Notes: generated by a model not told the origin, from the letters alone. A stretch of DNA of 64,000 nucleotides from an uncultured Chloroflexia bacterium (GCA_963807065.1 CAWDZQ010000001.1:266014-330013); one strand, 5' to 3'. Shown: positions 18,682-28,745, counted from the stretch's first letter. Made by a program: numbers and translations.

Positions 18682-20148
18682 ATGCTGCGTCGCGCCAAGA
18701 TACTGGCCACTCTGGGGCCGGCCTGTGCATCGGAAGACCAAATCCACCGGCTGGCGGATGCCGGCATGGACGGCGCCCGTCTCAATTTCTCGCATGGTAC
18801 CCATGAAGACCACGCCAAGGTGATCGAGCGTGTGCGCAAGATCTCAGGTGAGCTCCATCGCCCTATCGCCGTGGTGCAGGACCTGCAGGGACCCAAGCTG
18901 CGGACGGGCGCGCTGCCCGACCACAAGCCGGTGGAGCTGAAACAGGGCGCCACCCTTACGCTGACCACCGAGCCGGCCATTGGGTCGGCCCAGAAGCTGT
19001 ATGTGAATTATGAGCACCTTCCCAAGGATGTCCGAGAGGGAGACCAGATCTTGCTCGACGACGGCCGGATCGAACTTAAGGTCCTGGCAGTGGAAGGGCA
19101 CTCCGTGACCACGCAAGTGATCGTTGGGGGGCCGATCGGCGAACACAAGGGTCTCAACCTGCCCGGCGTCGCCCTATCAGCGCCATCGCTGACTGAAAAA
19201 GACCGGGATGATTTGATGTTCGGGCTCGAAGAAGGTGTAGACATGGTCGCCATGTCGTTCATCCGCCGGCCCGAGGACGTCCAGAGCCTGAGGCGGACCA
19301 TTGAGTCTCGTCGTCAGGCCGCCGTTCGCCTGCCGTTGATCAGCAAGCTGGAGCGGCGCGAGGCGATCGACAACCTGAACGACATCCTGGCGGCCTCGGA
19401 CGGGGTCATGGTGGCGCGCGGGGATCTGGGTGTGGAGATGGCCGCCGAACAGGTACCTTCGCTGCAAAAGAGGATCATTTCCCTGGCCAACGCCCGCCAG
19501 CGGCTGGTGATCACGGCTACCCAAATGCTGGAATCCATGATCCGCGAGCCGCGCCCCACTCGAGCCGAGGCTTCCGATGTGGCCAACGCCGTCTTTGACG
19601 GATCGGACGTCTTGATGCTCTCAGGGGAGACCGCATCGGGCGCCTACCCTATTCGCGCCGTGGAGACCATGGGGCGCATCATCATGGATGCCGAGGCGCA
19701 CGCCATTGAATGGGGTTTCCGCCCTGGGGACGATGAACAAAAGACCGAAGACGATGCCGTGGCGACGACGCAGGCTGCCAGGGCATTGGCTGAAGACCGG
19801 GATGCCCGCGCCATCGCCGTGTTCACCCGCTCGGGTCGGACTGCGCTTCTCATGTCGAAGACCAGGCCCAGGACTCCCGTCCTCGGACTGACTCCGGAGC
19901 CGAGGACGTTCAACCTGATGGCCCTCTACTGGGGCGTGCAGCCCTGCTTGATACCGATGGCCAATTCGGTGGAAGACATGGTGGCCCGGATGGAAGACGC
20001 CCTGCACCAAAACACAGAAGTCAAGGACGGGGATCGAGTGGTGCTGGTGGCCAGTCTGCCCGTGGGCGCCTTGGGGCCGGCTAATCTGACCTATCTTCAC
20101 ACCGTCGGCGGGCCCTTCGTAGCCGGCCAAGCCCAGACCTATACCTGA
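18682..20148 (+). CDS. pyk: pyruvate kinase
   Basis: AKILATLGP, GMDGARLNFSHG, MVARGDLGVE, and a C-terminal regulatory domain. Length 488 aa. Confidence 0.9.
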   Translation: MLRRAKILATLGPACASEDQIHRLADAGMDGARLNFSHGTHEDHAKVIERVRKISGELHRPIAVVQDLQGPKLRTGALPDHKPVELKQGATLTLTTEPAIGSAQKLYVNYEHLPKDVREGDQILLDDGRIELKVLAVEGHSVTTQVIVGGPIGEHKGLNLPGVALSAPSLTEKDRDDLMFGLEEGVDMVAMSFIRRPEDVQSLRRTIESRRQAAVRLPLISKLERREAIDNLNDILAASDGVMVARGDLGVEMAAEQVPSLQKRIISLANARQRLVITATQMLESMIREPRPTRAEASDVANAVFDGSDVLMLSGETASGAYPIRAVETMGRIIMDAEAHAIEWGFRPGDDEQKTEDDAVATTQAARALAEDRDARAIAVFTRSGRTALLMSKTRPRTPVLGLTPEPRTFNLMALYWGVQPCLIPMANSVEDMVARMEDALHQNTEVKDGDRVVLVASLPVGALGPANLTYLHTVGGPFVAGQAQTYT

Positions 20149-20166
20149 ATCACTGCTGCAGGAGGA

Positions 20167-20766
20167 TCACCCGAACATCCCCGAAGGGCGTGACTCGTCC
20201 CCGTGTGCCTCGGGTTCAGAGGCGTTATCCAGCTCGACGTGCGCCGGTTCACCAGGTATCCTTTGGTCCGAATCCGGTCTGACCAGCACCCCGAGCAGGG
20301 TCAGGACACCGGCGGCCCCGCTCTCTATAATCGACTGGCGGAAGAAAGCGCTGATCGCCGTTTGGTACCCCTGCCTGGCGATACCGGAGATCGCATCATG
20401 CAGGGCGATCGGCAAGCTTCCCGCCGACGATACCAGGTTGGCATCCAGCCAGGTCGCCCCAATAGTCGCTCCCAACGCCGCCAGAGCAGTGCCCACCAGA
20501 CCTCCGGCAAGCAAGGAAATGCCCCACCAGCGAAACAGACCCGGCCAGGACCGGACAACAAGGGCCACGATCACTCCCAGGAGCGAGGCCGGCACCAGCC
20601 AGAGCCAATTCGCCAGAAGCCTGAGATTGATCAGCAAACGTTTGGCCTGCTGAAACTCATCGGCTGATCCGGGCGCGGACAGATCAATGACCGCGAGCGT
20701 TGCCGGCATGCTTTGCACTTCGTTCTCAAGGCCGACGACCATGAGTTGCCGGTACAGCCCGGCCAT
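20167..20766 (-). CDS. hypothetical membrane protein (possibly the C-terminal part of one gene with 20726..21343)
   Basis: 199-aa ORF with 3-4 TM helices. It overlaps the upstream ORF by 41 nt in the +1 frame. Confidence 0.4.
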   Translation of the reverse strand: MAGLYRQLMVVGLENEVQSMPATLAVIDLSAPGSADEFQQAKRLLINLRLLANWLWLVPASLLGVIVALVVRSWPGLFRWWGISLLAGGLVGTALAALGATIGATWLDANLVSSAGSLPIALHDAISGIARQGYQTAISAFFRQSIIESGAAGVLTLLGVLVRPDSDQRIPGEPAHVELDNASEPEAHGDESRPSGMFG

Positions 20767-21343
20767 CGGCTTTGAGGGGCGGCATGCGACGAGGGGCGGT
20801 GTGGCGCCCGATCGCAGCGCCGAGTTCGATCTGCGCTTGTTGTTCGGCGGTGCATGCCGGCCAGGTGCTCCAGATCAGATCAATGAGGTCTGCTGCACCA
20901 CCGTCTAGCAGCCCTTGCCGAATGGGGACAAGCTCGACGGTCAGCTCCGGGGCCACACCATCCCCATTAAGCCAGGCAAAGAAGTCGGTGATCAGCCGTT
21001 CAAGCTGTGTCTGCGCCCAATCCGGGGGCACCACGATATCGGCTGCAGCCTGCCGCTGCTGATCATCGGCGTAGGTCATCAATCGGCCGAAGTCGGAAGC
21101 CGTCAGTTGGCCGTTCGTCTCTCTTGAAAACATGCCCTGGATAACCAACTGCCGCAGCAGCCCCGAGTCGATGAGGTGGTCTGAGAAGATGGTCGTGACT
21201 GTCCTCGGCGCAAAAAGAACGCTTCCAGCAGCGCGCACCGCCAAGGCCAAAGGCAGGCTTACCGCAATCGCTCCTGCCAAGAGTAGGGCCACCCATCGGG
21301 TGGGCCCGTATCTGAATCGTTGATGATTTGGGCGCGACCCCAT
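20726..21343 (-). CDS. hypothetical membrane-anchored protein (possibly the N-terminal part of one gene with 20167..20766)
   Basis: 205-aa ORF with an N-terminal TM anchor followed by a soluble region. No family recognised. Confidence 0.4.
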   Translation of the reverse strand: MGSRPNHQRFRYGPTRWVALLLAGAIAVSLPLALAVRAAGSVLFAPRTVTTIFSDHLIDSGLLRQLVIQGMFSRETNGQLTASDFGRLMTYADDQQRQAAADIVVPPDWAQTQLERLITDFFAWLNGDGVAPELTVELVPIRQGLLDGGAADLIDLIWSTWPACTAEQQAQIELGAAIGRHTAPRRMPPLKADGRAVPATHGRRP

Positions 21344-21353
21344 GACCTGTGCC

Positions 21354-22268
21354 TCACCCCCCTGCCGGTGGCTTTACAGCCACATCTTGTTTGGATGCCG
21401 CTCGGCTCACCAGCAAGACACTCATCACGATCATCACGCCACCTAGCCAAAAAGCTGGTGGAAGCCTTTCCCCCAGCAAGGTCGTTCCCAGGCCCACCCC
21501 CACCAAAGGTTGAGCGAAGAACAGCAACGACACCACGCCTGCATCCAACGTGGCCAATGCGTGATTCCACAGGGTCATCGCCAAGGCGGTCGACACCACG
21601 CCCAGGTACAGAATCCCCAGCCAGATCGGCAGACTGAGCGGGCCGACAGAAGCCCCTTGAAGTTCAAGCACCGCGGCGGGGCCTGACAGGACCAACCCAC
21701 CCATGAAGCCCAGCAAACTGAGCGACAGCACCGAAAGCCTCTGGCTGGCCCATTTGACAAGCACCGAAAACAATCCCCAGGTCAGGGCAGCTCCCAGCAG
21801 CGCCAGGTTTCCCCAGAAAGCGCTGGCGTCGAACCGGGCCGCAGATGGGTCGACGACGACCACAATGCCCAGAGTTGCCAAGACGAGTGCTGTCAGCCGT
21901 CTGGCGGTTGTCCGCTCCCCCAGGAGCCAAATGGCAAATCCAACCATGAAAGCTGGCGAAGCAGATGTGACCAGGGCTGCATTGGAAGCGTTCGACAATT
22001 TGGTGCCTATGAATTGCAGGCCCAACGAGAGGCCGAACCCGAGGGCCCCTATCCCAAGGGCAGCCGCCACGCTGCGGAGATCACCTCTCCCCCGGGAGGC
22101 GGGCCGCGCCAGCCAGATGGCCCCGATCACGATCATTCCCAACAGCAGCCTCAAACTGAGTAGACTCAAAGGCGGCACTACATCGAGGACGACCTTGCTG
22201 ACGACATACATGCCGCCCCAGATGGCTGCGGCGGTCAGACCCGCAGTGACACCAAGCAGGTTCTTCAT
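21354..22268 (-). CDS. EamA/DMT-family transporter
   Basis: 304 aa, 10 TM helices, two EamA-like repeats. Confidence 0.75.
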   Translation of the reverse strand: MKNLLGVTAGLTAAAIWGGMYVVSKVVLDVVPPLSLLSLRLLLGMIVIGAIWLARPASRGRGDLRSVAAALGIGALGFGLSLGLQFIGTKLSNASNAALVTSASPAFMVGFAIWLLGERTTARRLTALVLATLGIVVVVDPSAARFDASAFWGNLALLGAALTWGLFSVLVKWASQRLSVLSLSLLGFMGGLVLSGPAAVLELQGASVGPLSLPIWLGILYLGVVSTALAMTLWNHALATLDAGVVSLLFFAQPLVGVGLGTTLLGERLPPAFWLGGVMIVMSVLLVSRAASKQDVAVKPPAGG

Positions 22269-22307
22269 CGCTCACCACCTGCGGATTATACCCAGCCTGG
22301 CCCGCTG

Positions 22308-22341
22308 AAAAAGCAAAGCGGCACAGGCCAGCCTGTGCCGC
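22308..22341 (-). terminator. rho-independent terminator after korB
   Basis: On the minus strand: GCGGCACAGG-ctgg-CCTGTGCCGC followed by TTTGCTTTTT, about 30 nt after the korB stop. Confidence 0.65.
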
Positions 22342-22369
22342 TCATGAGTTGTGGTTTTGGGCGGTCGGC

Positions 22370-23401
22370 TTAGGCAAATTCGGCCATGACGTTCGCCAAG
22401 CTGTCCTGCGAAGGGCGCAGCTTCTCCGGCGGCAGGCTTGCCAGGGGCTCATCGGGAAGATTTTCGGACTCCGGCAGGGGGGGCTGATCGTGGTTCACGT
22501 AAAGCAGACCGGTGATCAGCTTCTGGCTTGTCCGGGCGTCTTCCAACAGTTGCGTTGCCTGCATCCGGTCGGTGGGATCGTAGTCCCGGTCCAGCTTCTG
22601 GAGCACCAGGGTCGAGCCATCGTGCAGCTTGACGCTGATGGTCTCACCGGGCTCGTAGTCGACCTTGATCTCCTCCCGCGCAGGCACGTAAGTGACGTCA
22701 TGGAGCGGAGTCTCGTGCTCCTTGCCCCAGCTATAGCTCTTGGTCGATTCGTCTCGGTTGTTGAAAGTCACGCACGGGCTGATGATGTCCAAGACGGCCG
22801 TGCCTTCATATGAAACGGCGGCCTTGATGAGTTCTTTAACTTGTTTCGGGTCACCGGCGAAGGACCGGGCCACAAAGCCGCAGTTGGCAGCCAGTGCCTG
22901 CAGACACAAATCCACCGGCATGAACGGGTTGGTGCCCTGTTTCTTCAGCGACTGGCCCTTGTCGGCCGTGGCGGAAAACTGGCCCTTGGTGAGACCGTAG
23001 ACGCCGTTGTTCTCTATGATGTAGACCAGGGGCGGGTTGCGGCGCATCATGTGGATGAACTGGCCCACACCGATACTGGCCGTGTCGCCATCGCCGCTGA
23101 CCCCAATGGCTTTCAACGTGCGGTTGGCCATGATGGCGCCCGTCCCAAGGCTCGGCATGCGCCCATGGAGGCTGTTGAACCCGTGGGAGCGTCCTAAGAA
23201 ATAGGCCGGACTCTTGCTGGAGCAGCCGATTCCGGACAGCTTGATAATCTCCTCCGGCGGAATTGACATTTCATAACAAGCGGCCATGATTTGGCTCGAG
23301 ATCGAGTTGTGCCCACAGCCCTGGCAGAGGGTTGTCGGCCGCCCCTTGTAATCCGATTTCTGCAATCCAACGAGGTTGACCGTCGCCGTCGCCATGATCA
23401 C
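22370..23401 (-). CDS. korB: 2-oxoacid:ferredoxin oxidoreductase, beta (TPP-binding) subunit
   Basis: CQGCGH cysteine motif. TPP motif GDGD...IIENNGVYGLTKGQ. The start overlaps the korA stop. Confidence 0.85.
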   Translation of the reverse strand: MIMATATVNLVGLQKSDYKGRPTTLCQGCGHNSISSQIMAACYEMSIPPEEIIKLSGIGCSSKSPAYFLGRSHGFNSLHGRMPSLGTGAIMANRTLKAIGVSGDGDTASIGVGQFIHMMRRNPPLVYIIENNGVYGLTKGQFSATADKGQSLKKQGTNPFMPVDLCLQALAANCGFVARSFAGDPKQVKELIKAAVSYEGTAVLDIISPCVTFNNRDESTKSYSWGKEHETPLHDVTYVPAREEIKVDYEPGETISVKLHDGSTLVLQKLDRDYDPTDRMQATQLLEDARTSQKLITGLLYVNHDQPPLPESENLPDEPLASLPPEKLRPSQDSLANVMAEFA

Positions 23402-25233
23402 TTACCTTCCTGACTGAGAAGTTCTTCCATAATCCATCGGGCCGTTAGAGGCAGCCCATCATTGTGGTTTAGAGCTTTGAGCTTGGTTGCCTGATCTGGC
23501 AAATCAAGCTGAAGGAGCTGGCGCATCTGAGCATCCGTATTCATTTCCACGACATAGATGCGTTCATGGGTGCGCACGAACTCGCGCACGCTTTCGCTGA
23601 AGGGGACCGCCCGCAGCCTAAGGAAATCCGTGGGAACCCCCTGTTGGGACAGCCGGGCGCGCGCCTCTTCGATCGCCGAGAGGGTTGAACCAAAGCCGAT
23701 CAAGCCGATCTCGGCACCCTGCATGTGGTCAACGATGGGCGCCGGCACATAGCCGCGGGCGGTATCGTGCTTGCGCCACAGCCTGGCCATGTTCTCCGTC
23801 CAGTCCTCCGGCCGTTCGCTGTAGATCGCCTGGTCGTTGTGACCTGTGCCGCGGGCAAACCAGGCGGCCAACGGGTGTCGGTTGCCAGGAAGCGTGCGGT
23901 ACGGAATACCGTCGCCGTCAACGTCGCGATAGCGGGCATACTCGCCGAGTTCGTCCAGGTCCTGCTCTGAGAGCACCTTGCCGCGGTCCATGGGAACGTC
24001 GGGGAACTCGAACCTCTCAGACATCCACAAGTTCATCCCCAGGTCCAAATCGCTGAGCACGAAGATAGGCGTCTGCAGGCGCTCCGCCAAGTCGAAGGCC
24101 CGCCATCCGAACTCAAAGCACTCGGCCACCGAACCCGGCAGCAGAAAGACATGCCGGCTGTCTCCGTGACCGAGAAATCGGACGAACAGCAGGTCGCCCT
24201 GAGAGGTGCGGGTGGGCATGCCGGTGCTCGGCCCCATCCGCTGTACATCCCAGATTACGATTGGAATCTCGGCGAAGAAGGCCAGCCCGGCGAATTCCGC
24301 CATCAGCGAAATGCCGGGGCCGGAAGTGGACGTCATCGATCGGGCGCCCGCCCAGCCGGCGCCGACCGTCATGCCGATGGCCGCCAGCTCGTCTTCGGCC
24401 TGGATCACGGCGTACGTCGCCTTGCCGCTTTCGGGGTCCTTGCGCAGCCTGGGCAAGTACTCCAGGAGGGCATCAGCCAGGCTCGAGGCGGGTGTAATCG
24501 GGTACCAGGCGGCGAAGTTGACCCCACCGTAAACGGCGCCAAGCGCCGAGGAAGTATTGCCGTCGATCAGCACCAAGCCCTCCGTCTGATTGGAGCGCTC
24601 CACCATGTAGGGGTCCTGTTTGGTCAGATTATCGGCGGCCCATTGAGCAGCGGCGTCGACCATCGCCATGTTCATTTCCACTGGTTTGGCCCGGCCGTTG
24701 AAATGGGTCTCAAGAGCGGCCCGGATTTCATCCATTTCGATGCTGAGGATCTCGGCCACCACACCGACATACACCATGTTGGCGATGTAATCCCTGAGAT
24801 CACGGGGCGGGGATTGCTGCTTGAGCAGTTCCTGGACCGGCATGGGGTAGTAAACGAGATCCTGCCGCTTTCGAGGCTGGGTCCAATTGTCGGGGTAGAA
24901 ACAGACGCCGCCTTCCACCAATCCGGCCAGGTCCTCCTGAAACGTGGCTTCGTTCATGGCCACCAGGATTTCGATTGTTTCCCGCCGGGCGACAAAACCC
25001 TCCCCACTGGCTCGAATGGTGAACCAGGTGGGAAGACCCTGAATATTGGACGGGAACAGATTCTTTCCGCTGACGGGAATACCCATGCGGAACAATGCCC
25101 GAATCAGCGCCATGTTGGACGTTTGGCTTCCGGTGCCGTTGACGGTCGCCACGACCATCGAAAGATCGTTGACGATTGGCGGCTTGTCCACCGACGATTG
25201 AAGGCGTGCCTCTTCTGTCACAGCGTCAGTCAT
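23398..25233 (-). CDS. korA: 2-oxoacid:ferredoxin oxidoreductase, alpha subunit
   Basis: 611 aa with the fused gamma/alpha-type domain order typical of KorA (GTGSQTSN..., ITPASS...). Forms an operon with korB. Confidence 0.85.
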   Translation of the reverse strand: MTDAVTEEARLQSSVDKPPIVNDLSMVVATVNGTGSQTSNMALIRALFRMGIPVSGKNLFPSNIQGLPTWFTIRASGEGFVARRETIEILVAMNEATFQEDLAGLVEGGVCFYPDNWTQPRKRQDLVYYPMPVQELLKQQSPPRDLRDYIANMVYVGVVAEILSIEMDEIRAALETHFNGRAKPVEMNMAMVDAAAQWAADNLTKQDPYMVERSNQTEGLVLIDGNTSSALGAVYGGVNFAAWYPITPASSLADALLEYLPRLRKDPESGKATYAVIQAEDELAAIGMTVGAGWAGARSMTSTSGPGISLMAEFAGLAFFAEIPIVIWDVQRMGPSTGMPTRTSQGDLLFVRFLGHGDSRHVFLLPGSVAECFEFGWRAFDLAERLQTPIFVLSDLDLGMNLWMSERFEFPDVPMDRGKVLSEQDLDELGEYARYRDVDGDGIPYRTLPGNRHPLAAWFARGTGHNDQAIYSERPEDWTENMARLWRKHDTARGYVPAPIVDHMQGAEIGLIGFGSTLSAIEEARARLSQQGVPTDFLRLRAVPFSESVREFVRTHERIYVVEMNTDAQMRQLLQLDLPDQATKLKALNHNDGLPLTARWIMEELLSQEGK

Positions 25234-25988
25234 GCGATCTCACTCCCTACGCTCGGCTGCCCTTCCCCGAGCAGGCTTCTTTCTGGAAACGGACTCATCT
25301 CCGGTCGGCGGTTGAGCAGACCGGTGTGTTCGATCAGCGCCTGGTAGCCGGCATCGAAATCGCCGGCCTGGATGGCTCGGACCATTTCTTCATGATATCG
25401 CCAGACTTGTTCCAGATAGCGGTAGTCGCTGTACACATCCAACCCAACGGCTTCGTACGCCTCCCAATAGGCTTCCAGCAGGCCGCGCACGAATTCATTT
25501 TCAAGTCGACGAAAGATGGTCAGGTGGAGTTGGCGGTGCTCAGCGTGCGGAATCTGTGCCGGCTGGGAACGCAGTTTCCCCCACGCCTGATCGACCAAGT
25601 GGCCGAGTTCGGCCCGATCAGCGTCGGTCAGACAGGTGACGGCGTCGTGCCAGAAAGCGGCCTCGACATGGTTGCGCAGCTCGCCAAAATGGAGGAATGC
25701 ATCGGGTTGGCGTGCCATTCGGTACAACAGCCCGGTTCGAAGATTTTGGAGAAACTGATACTCGAGCATACGCGTGCCGGTCTTGGGCCGGACATCGACC
25801 AAACCCAGGCTCCGCGCCACCTCTAGCTGCTCTCGGAGTTTGCCCGTGCTGATCCCAAGCTCCGCCGCCAGGTCCCGAATTGCCGGCAACCGGTCGCCCG
25901 TTTCGAGGCCCTGGTAGGCGAGATAGTTCAGCAACTCTGAAGCCAGATCGATCGTCACCCACAACTCCGCATCATTGATCCGATTCAT
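25230..25988 (-). CDS. GntR/FadR-family transcriptional regulator (wHTH + FCD domain)
   Basis: LPAIRDLAAELGISTGKLREQLEVARSLGLVDVRPKTGT, followed by a helical C-terminal domain. The stop overlaps the korA start. Confidence 0.8.
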   Translation of the reverse strand: MNRINDAELWVTIDLASELLNYLAYQGLETGDRLPAIRDLAAELGISTGKLREQLEVARSLGLVDVRPKTGTRMLEYQFLQNLRTGLLYRMARQPDAFLHFGELRNHVEAAFWHDAVTCLTDADRAELGHLVDQAWGKLRSQPAQIPHAEHRQLHLTIFRRLENEFVRGLLEAYWEAYEAVGLDVYSDYRYLEQVWRYHEEMVRAIQAGDFDAGYQALIEHTGLLNRRPEMSPFPERSLLGEGQPSVGSEIA

Positions 25989-26015
25989 CTAATCAATTCG
26001 ACGTTTGGCAAGTGT

Positions 26016-26033
26016 ATCACCTCCAGGGGTGAT
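26016..26033. promoter_or_regulatory. palindrome ATCACC-N6-GGTGAT upstream of the gntR-korAB operon
   Basis: Perfect 6-bp arms, 28-45 nt upstream of the GntR start codon. Candidate autoregulatory operator. Confidence 0.3.
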
Positions 26034-26165
26034 GGTCAACCAGCGATGGCCCCGATTTCGACGCTGGCGGTGCCGGAGAAGCTCCCTCGTCTTTGTCCAG
26101 CGGCTATACCCCGCGGGATCGCTGCCCGGCCCGGGGCAGCCAGACGGCTCTGGTAGAATGCAACG

Positions 26166-26840
26166 ATGCCCCAGCCCCGACACCCCGGCGTGCTCCGGAA
26201 TTCGCTCATGATCGCCCTTTTCGTCCTACTCCCAGTTTTGGCCTTGGTCCTCCCCCGTTGGTGGGCCGGCTGGCGGTTTGCATCGCGGATCCTGACGGTG
26301 CGCGAAGCCCCCCCAGCGTCGGCGGCCATCGTTTTCGGCGCCGGCCTGCGGCGCGACGGACAGCCGACAACCGTGCTCGCCGATCGCGTGCGCACAGCGG
26401 TCGAGCTCTATCAGGCGGGGAAGGTGCCGCTGCTGGTCATGAGCGGGACGGTGAGAGAGGGTCATGACGAGCCGACTTCGATGCGCGCCCTGGCCGTCAG
26501 CCTGGGCGTACCGGAGGACGCCATTTCTCTCGATTCGACCGGCGATCGCACCTTCGAGACCTGTCTGGGCGCCCGACGCCGTTTCGGCTCGGGTGCAATT
26601 CTCTTGGTGAGCCAGGCGTACCATTTGCCGCGCGCCCTGGCGACGTGCGCCGGACTCGGCCTCAGGGCCAGTGGCGTGAGCGCCGATCAGCACGCCTACC
26701 GCGCATCGGCCCGCCGTTTCTGGATGCTGAGAGAATATCCCGCCACCTGGGTCGCCTTGCTGGACACCTACATCGTGCCCCATCCTAACGACATTGAGCC
26801 GGCCCAGACCGTAGAGAGGCGGCCCCCCCATGGATCGTGA
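26166..26840 (+). CDS. DUF218 (SanA/ElyC/YdcF-like) membrane-anchored protein
   Basis: N-terminal TM. Then AIVFGAGL...PTTVLADRV..A..LY..GKV..L..SG and QAYHLPRA. Confidence 0.7.
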   Translation: MPQPRHPGVLRNSLMIALFVLLPVLALVLPRWWAGWRFASRILTVREAPPASAAIVFGAGLRRDGQPTTVLADRVRTAVELYQAGKVPLLVMSGTVREGHDEPTSMRALAVSLGVPEDAISLDSTGDRTFETCLGARRRFGSGAILLVSQAYHLPRALATCAGLGLRASGVSADQHAYRASARRFWMLREYPATWVALLDTYIVPHPNDIEPAQTVERRPPHGS

Positions 26841-27408
26841 GCAAGCCTACCAGATCGTGACCGAACACGTCTCGCAGGAGAATCTCGTTCATCACATGCT
26901 GGCCGTGGAAGCCGCGATGCGAGATTACGCGCTCCGTCGCGGAGAAGAGGCAGAGATTTGGGGGATGGCCGGACTGCTGCACGATTATGACTGGGAAATC
27001 CATCCGACCCTCGACAGCCATCCTCAAGATGGAGCGCCCCTGCTGCGCCAGCGAGGCGTCCCTGAGGTTGTGGTCAACTGCATCCTCAGCCACGCCGATC
27101 ACACCGGTGTGCCGAGGCTGACGCCGATGGAGAAGGCCTTGTTCGCCTGCGATGAACTGACCGGCCTGATTACGGCCGTGGCCCTGGTGCGCCCATCCAA
27201 ATCTCTGTATGACGTCAAGCTCAAGTCAATACGCAAGAAGTGGAAGGATGCCCGCTTCGCCGCCGGCGTCAACCGGGACGAGGTCGAACAGGCGGCGCAA
27301 GATTTCGGCGTCCCGCTGGATGAGCACATTGGTCATGTGCTCGAGTCGATGCAGCGTATTGCACCTGAGCTGGGTTTGGCGGGCGATTCCGGAAGCGCAG
27401 CCGAGTAG
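26830..27408 (+). CDS. HD-domain phosphohydrolase
   Basis: H...HD motif (HHMLAVEAAMR...GLLHDYDWE) with a downstream His/Asp (SHADHTG). Confidence 0.7.
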   Translation: MDREQAYQIVTEHVSQENLVHHMLAVEAAMRDYALRRGEEAEIWGMAGLLHDYDWEIHPTLDSHPQDGAPLLRQRGVPEVVVNCILSHADHTGVPRLTPMEKALFACDELTGLITAVALVRPSKSLYDVKLKSIRKKWKDARFAAGVNRDEVEQAAQDFGVPLDEHIGHVLESMQRIAPELGLAGDSGSAAE

Positions 27409-27502
27409 CGCGTGACGGCCGCCAACCGGATCGCTGCTCAGCGTTTTCCCACTGCGTGGGCGGCCGTTTTGCGGCACCGCCGAGGCCGCAGAATCCCCCC
27501 CC

Positions 27503-27530
27503 TTGATACGCCTCGCTCGGCTGGTATAAT
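27503..27530 (+). promoter_or_regulatory. sigma-70-type promoter TTGATA-16-TATAAT
   Basis: -35 at 27503..27508 and -10 at 27525..27530, 33 nt upstream of the LysM-protein ATG. Confidence 0.5.
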
Positions 27531-27562
27531 GCCTCCGCTCGGGCCAAGCAGCCCGCAACCTT

Positions 27563-28690
27563 ATGACTGAAAACTCCCAGACATCCCACCAAATTTGCCC
27601 CCGCTGCGGGACCAAGCTCGCTCAGGGCGCCAGCCGCTGCGTCGTTTGTGGCGCCGAGTTGAGGCCGGGCGCTCGGACGCAAGGCAAGAGCGCTAGGGGC
27701 ATCACCCTTTCTCTTCCCCTGGCCATCTCCATTCTGGTGGTGTTCGCCCTGCTGGCTGCCGGGACCACCTATTTGGGCGTGCGCATGACCGGCGCCGCCG
27801 GTGCGCCCTCTGAGAGCACGGCGACGGCCACCGAAACCACCACGCCCACCCCGACGAATACCCTGCAGCCAACGCTGACCTTCACGCCTCTGCCGTCGCC
27901 GACGCCGATCACCCACATTGTGGGTCAGAACGACACGTGCCTGGCCATCGCCGCGCTGTACGGTGTGTCGATCCAATCCATCGTCCAGCTGAACCAATTG
28001 CCTGCCACCTGCCCCCTGTCCATTGGGCAGCAGATCCTGGTCCCCCAACCTACCGCCACGCCGACGTCCCAACCCACGCCGACGCTGGTGCCGGCCGATG
28101 CCACCCGCCAGGCCTGCACGACGGCCGACTATGAGGTCAAGGCAAACGACACATTGTTTGGAATCGCCACCAACTACGGCGTGGATATGCAGGAAATCCG
28201 TGACTGGAATGGGCTGACGGGCGACACGGTCTTTGAGGGCCAGAAGCTGAGCATTCCCCTGTGCAACCGACCGTCCGCCGGCCCCACCGTCACACCAACG
28301 ATTCCGCCGCCCTACCCTGCTCCGAACTTGCTCCTTCCGCAGGACGGGCAGTCCTTCAGCCTGGCCGATGACAACGTGACCCTGCAGTGGGCATCCGTCG
28401 GTCAGCTTCGAGAGAACGAGTTCTACCAGATCCACGTCCTTGACATCACCGACGGCACCGGAACCCGGCAGCTCGTTGATGCGGTCCAAGATACCAAGTA
28501 CCTGGTTCCGGCCTCCTTCAGGCCCGGGGAGACCGTCCCGCACATCATGCGCTGGTGGGTCGAAACCGTGCGCCAGACCGGTTCCAACAACAGCGGACAG
28601 CCAATTTTTGAGTCGGCCGGCGCGGCCAGCAACAAGCGCGTGTTCTCCTGGTCGGGTGCGGCCACCGGCCCCTCAACTCCCACACCCTAG
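27563..28690 (+). CDS. zinc-ribbon, TM, Thr/Pro linker and 2x LysM domain protein
   Basis: CPRCG..CVVCG ribbon and one TM. Two LysM repeats: HIVGQNDTCLAIAALYGVSIQSIVQLNQL and YEVKANDTLFGIATNYGVDMQEIRDWNGL. Confidence 0.75.
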   Translation: MTENSQTSHQICPRCGTKLAQGASRCVVCGAELRPGARTQGKSARGITLSLPLAISILVVFALLAAGTTYLGVRMTGAAGAPSESTATATETTTPTPTNTLQPTLTFTPLPSPTPITHIVGQNDTCLAIAALYGVSIQSIVQLNQLPATCPLSIGQQILVPQPTATPTSQPTPTLVPADATRQACTTADYEVKANDTLFGIATNYGVDMQEIRDWNGLTGDTVFEGQKLSIPLCNRPSAGPTVTPTIPPPYPAPNLLLPQDGQSFSLADDNVTLQWASVGQLRENEFYQIHVLDITDGTGTRQLVDAVQDTKYLVPASFRPGETVPHIMRWWVETVRQTGSNNSGQPIFESAGAASNKRVFSWSGAATGPSTPTP

Positions 28691-28715
28691 CCCCTTCGGT
28701 CCAAGACAAATGAAA

Positions 28716-28741
28716 TGCGGCGAACCCAAGAGTTCGCCGCA
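28716..28741. terminator. bidirectional hairpin terminator between the convergent LysM gene and mdh
   Basis: TGCGGCGAAC-ccaaga-GTTCGCCGCA (10-bp stem). The flanks are T-rich on both strands (TCAATTTGT on plus, TTTCATTTGTCTT on minus). Confidence 0.6.
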
Positions 28742-28745
28742 TCAA

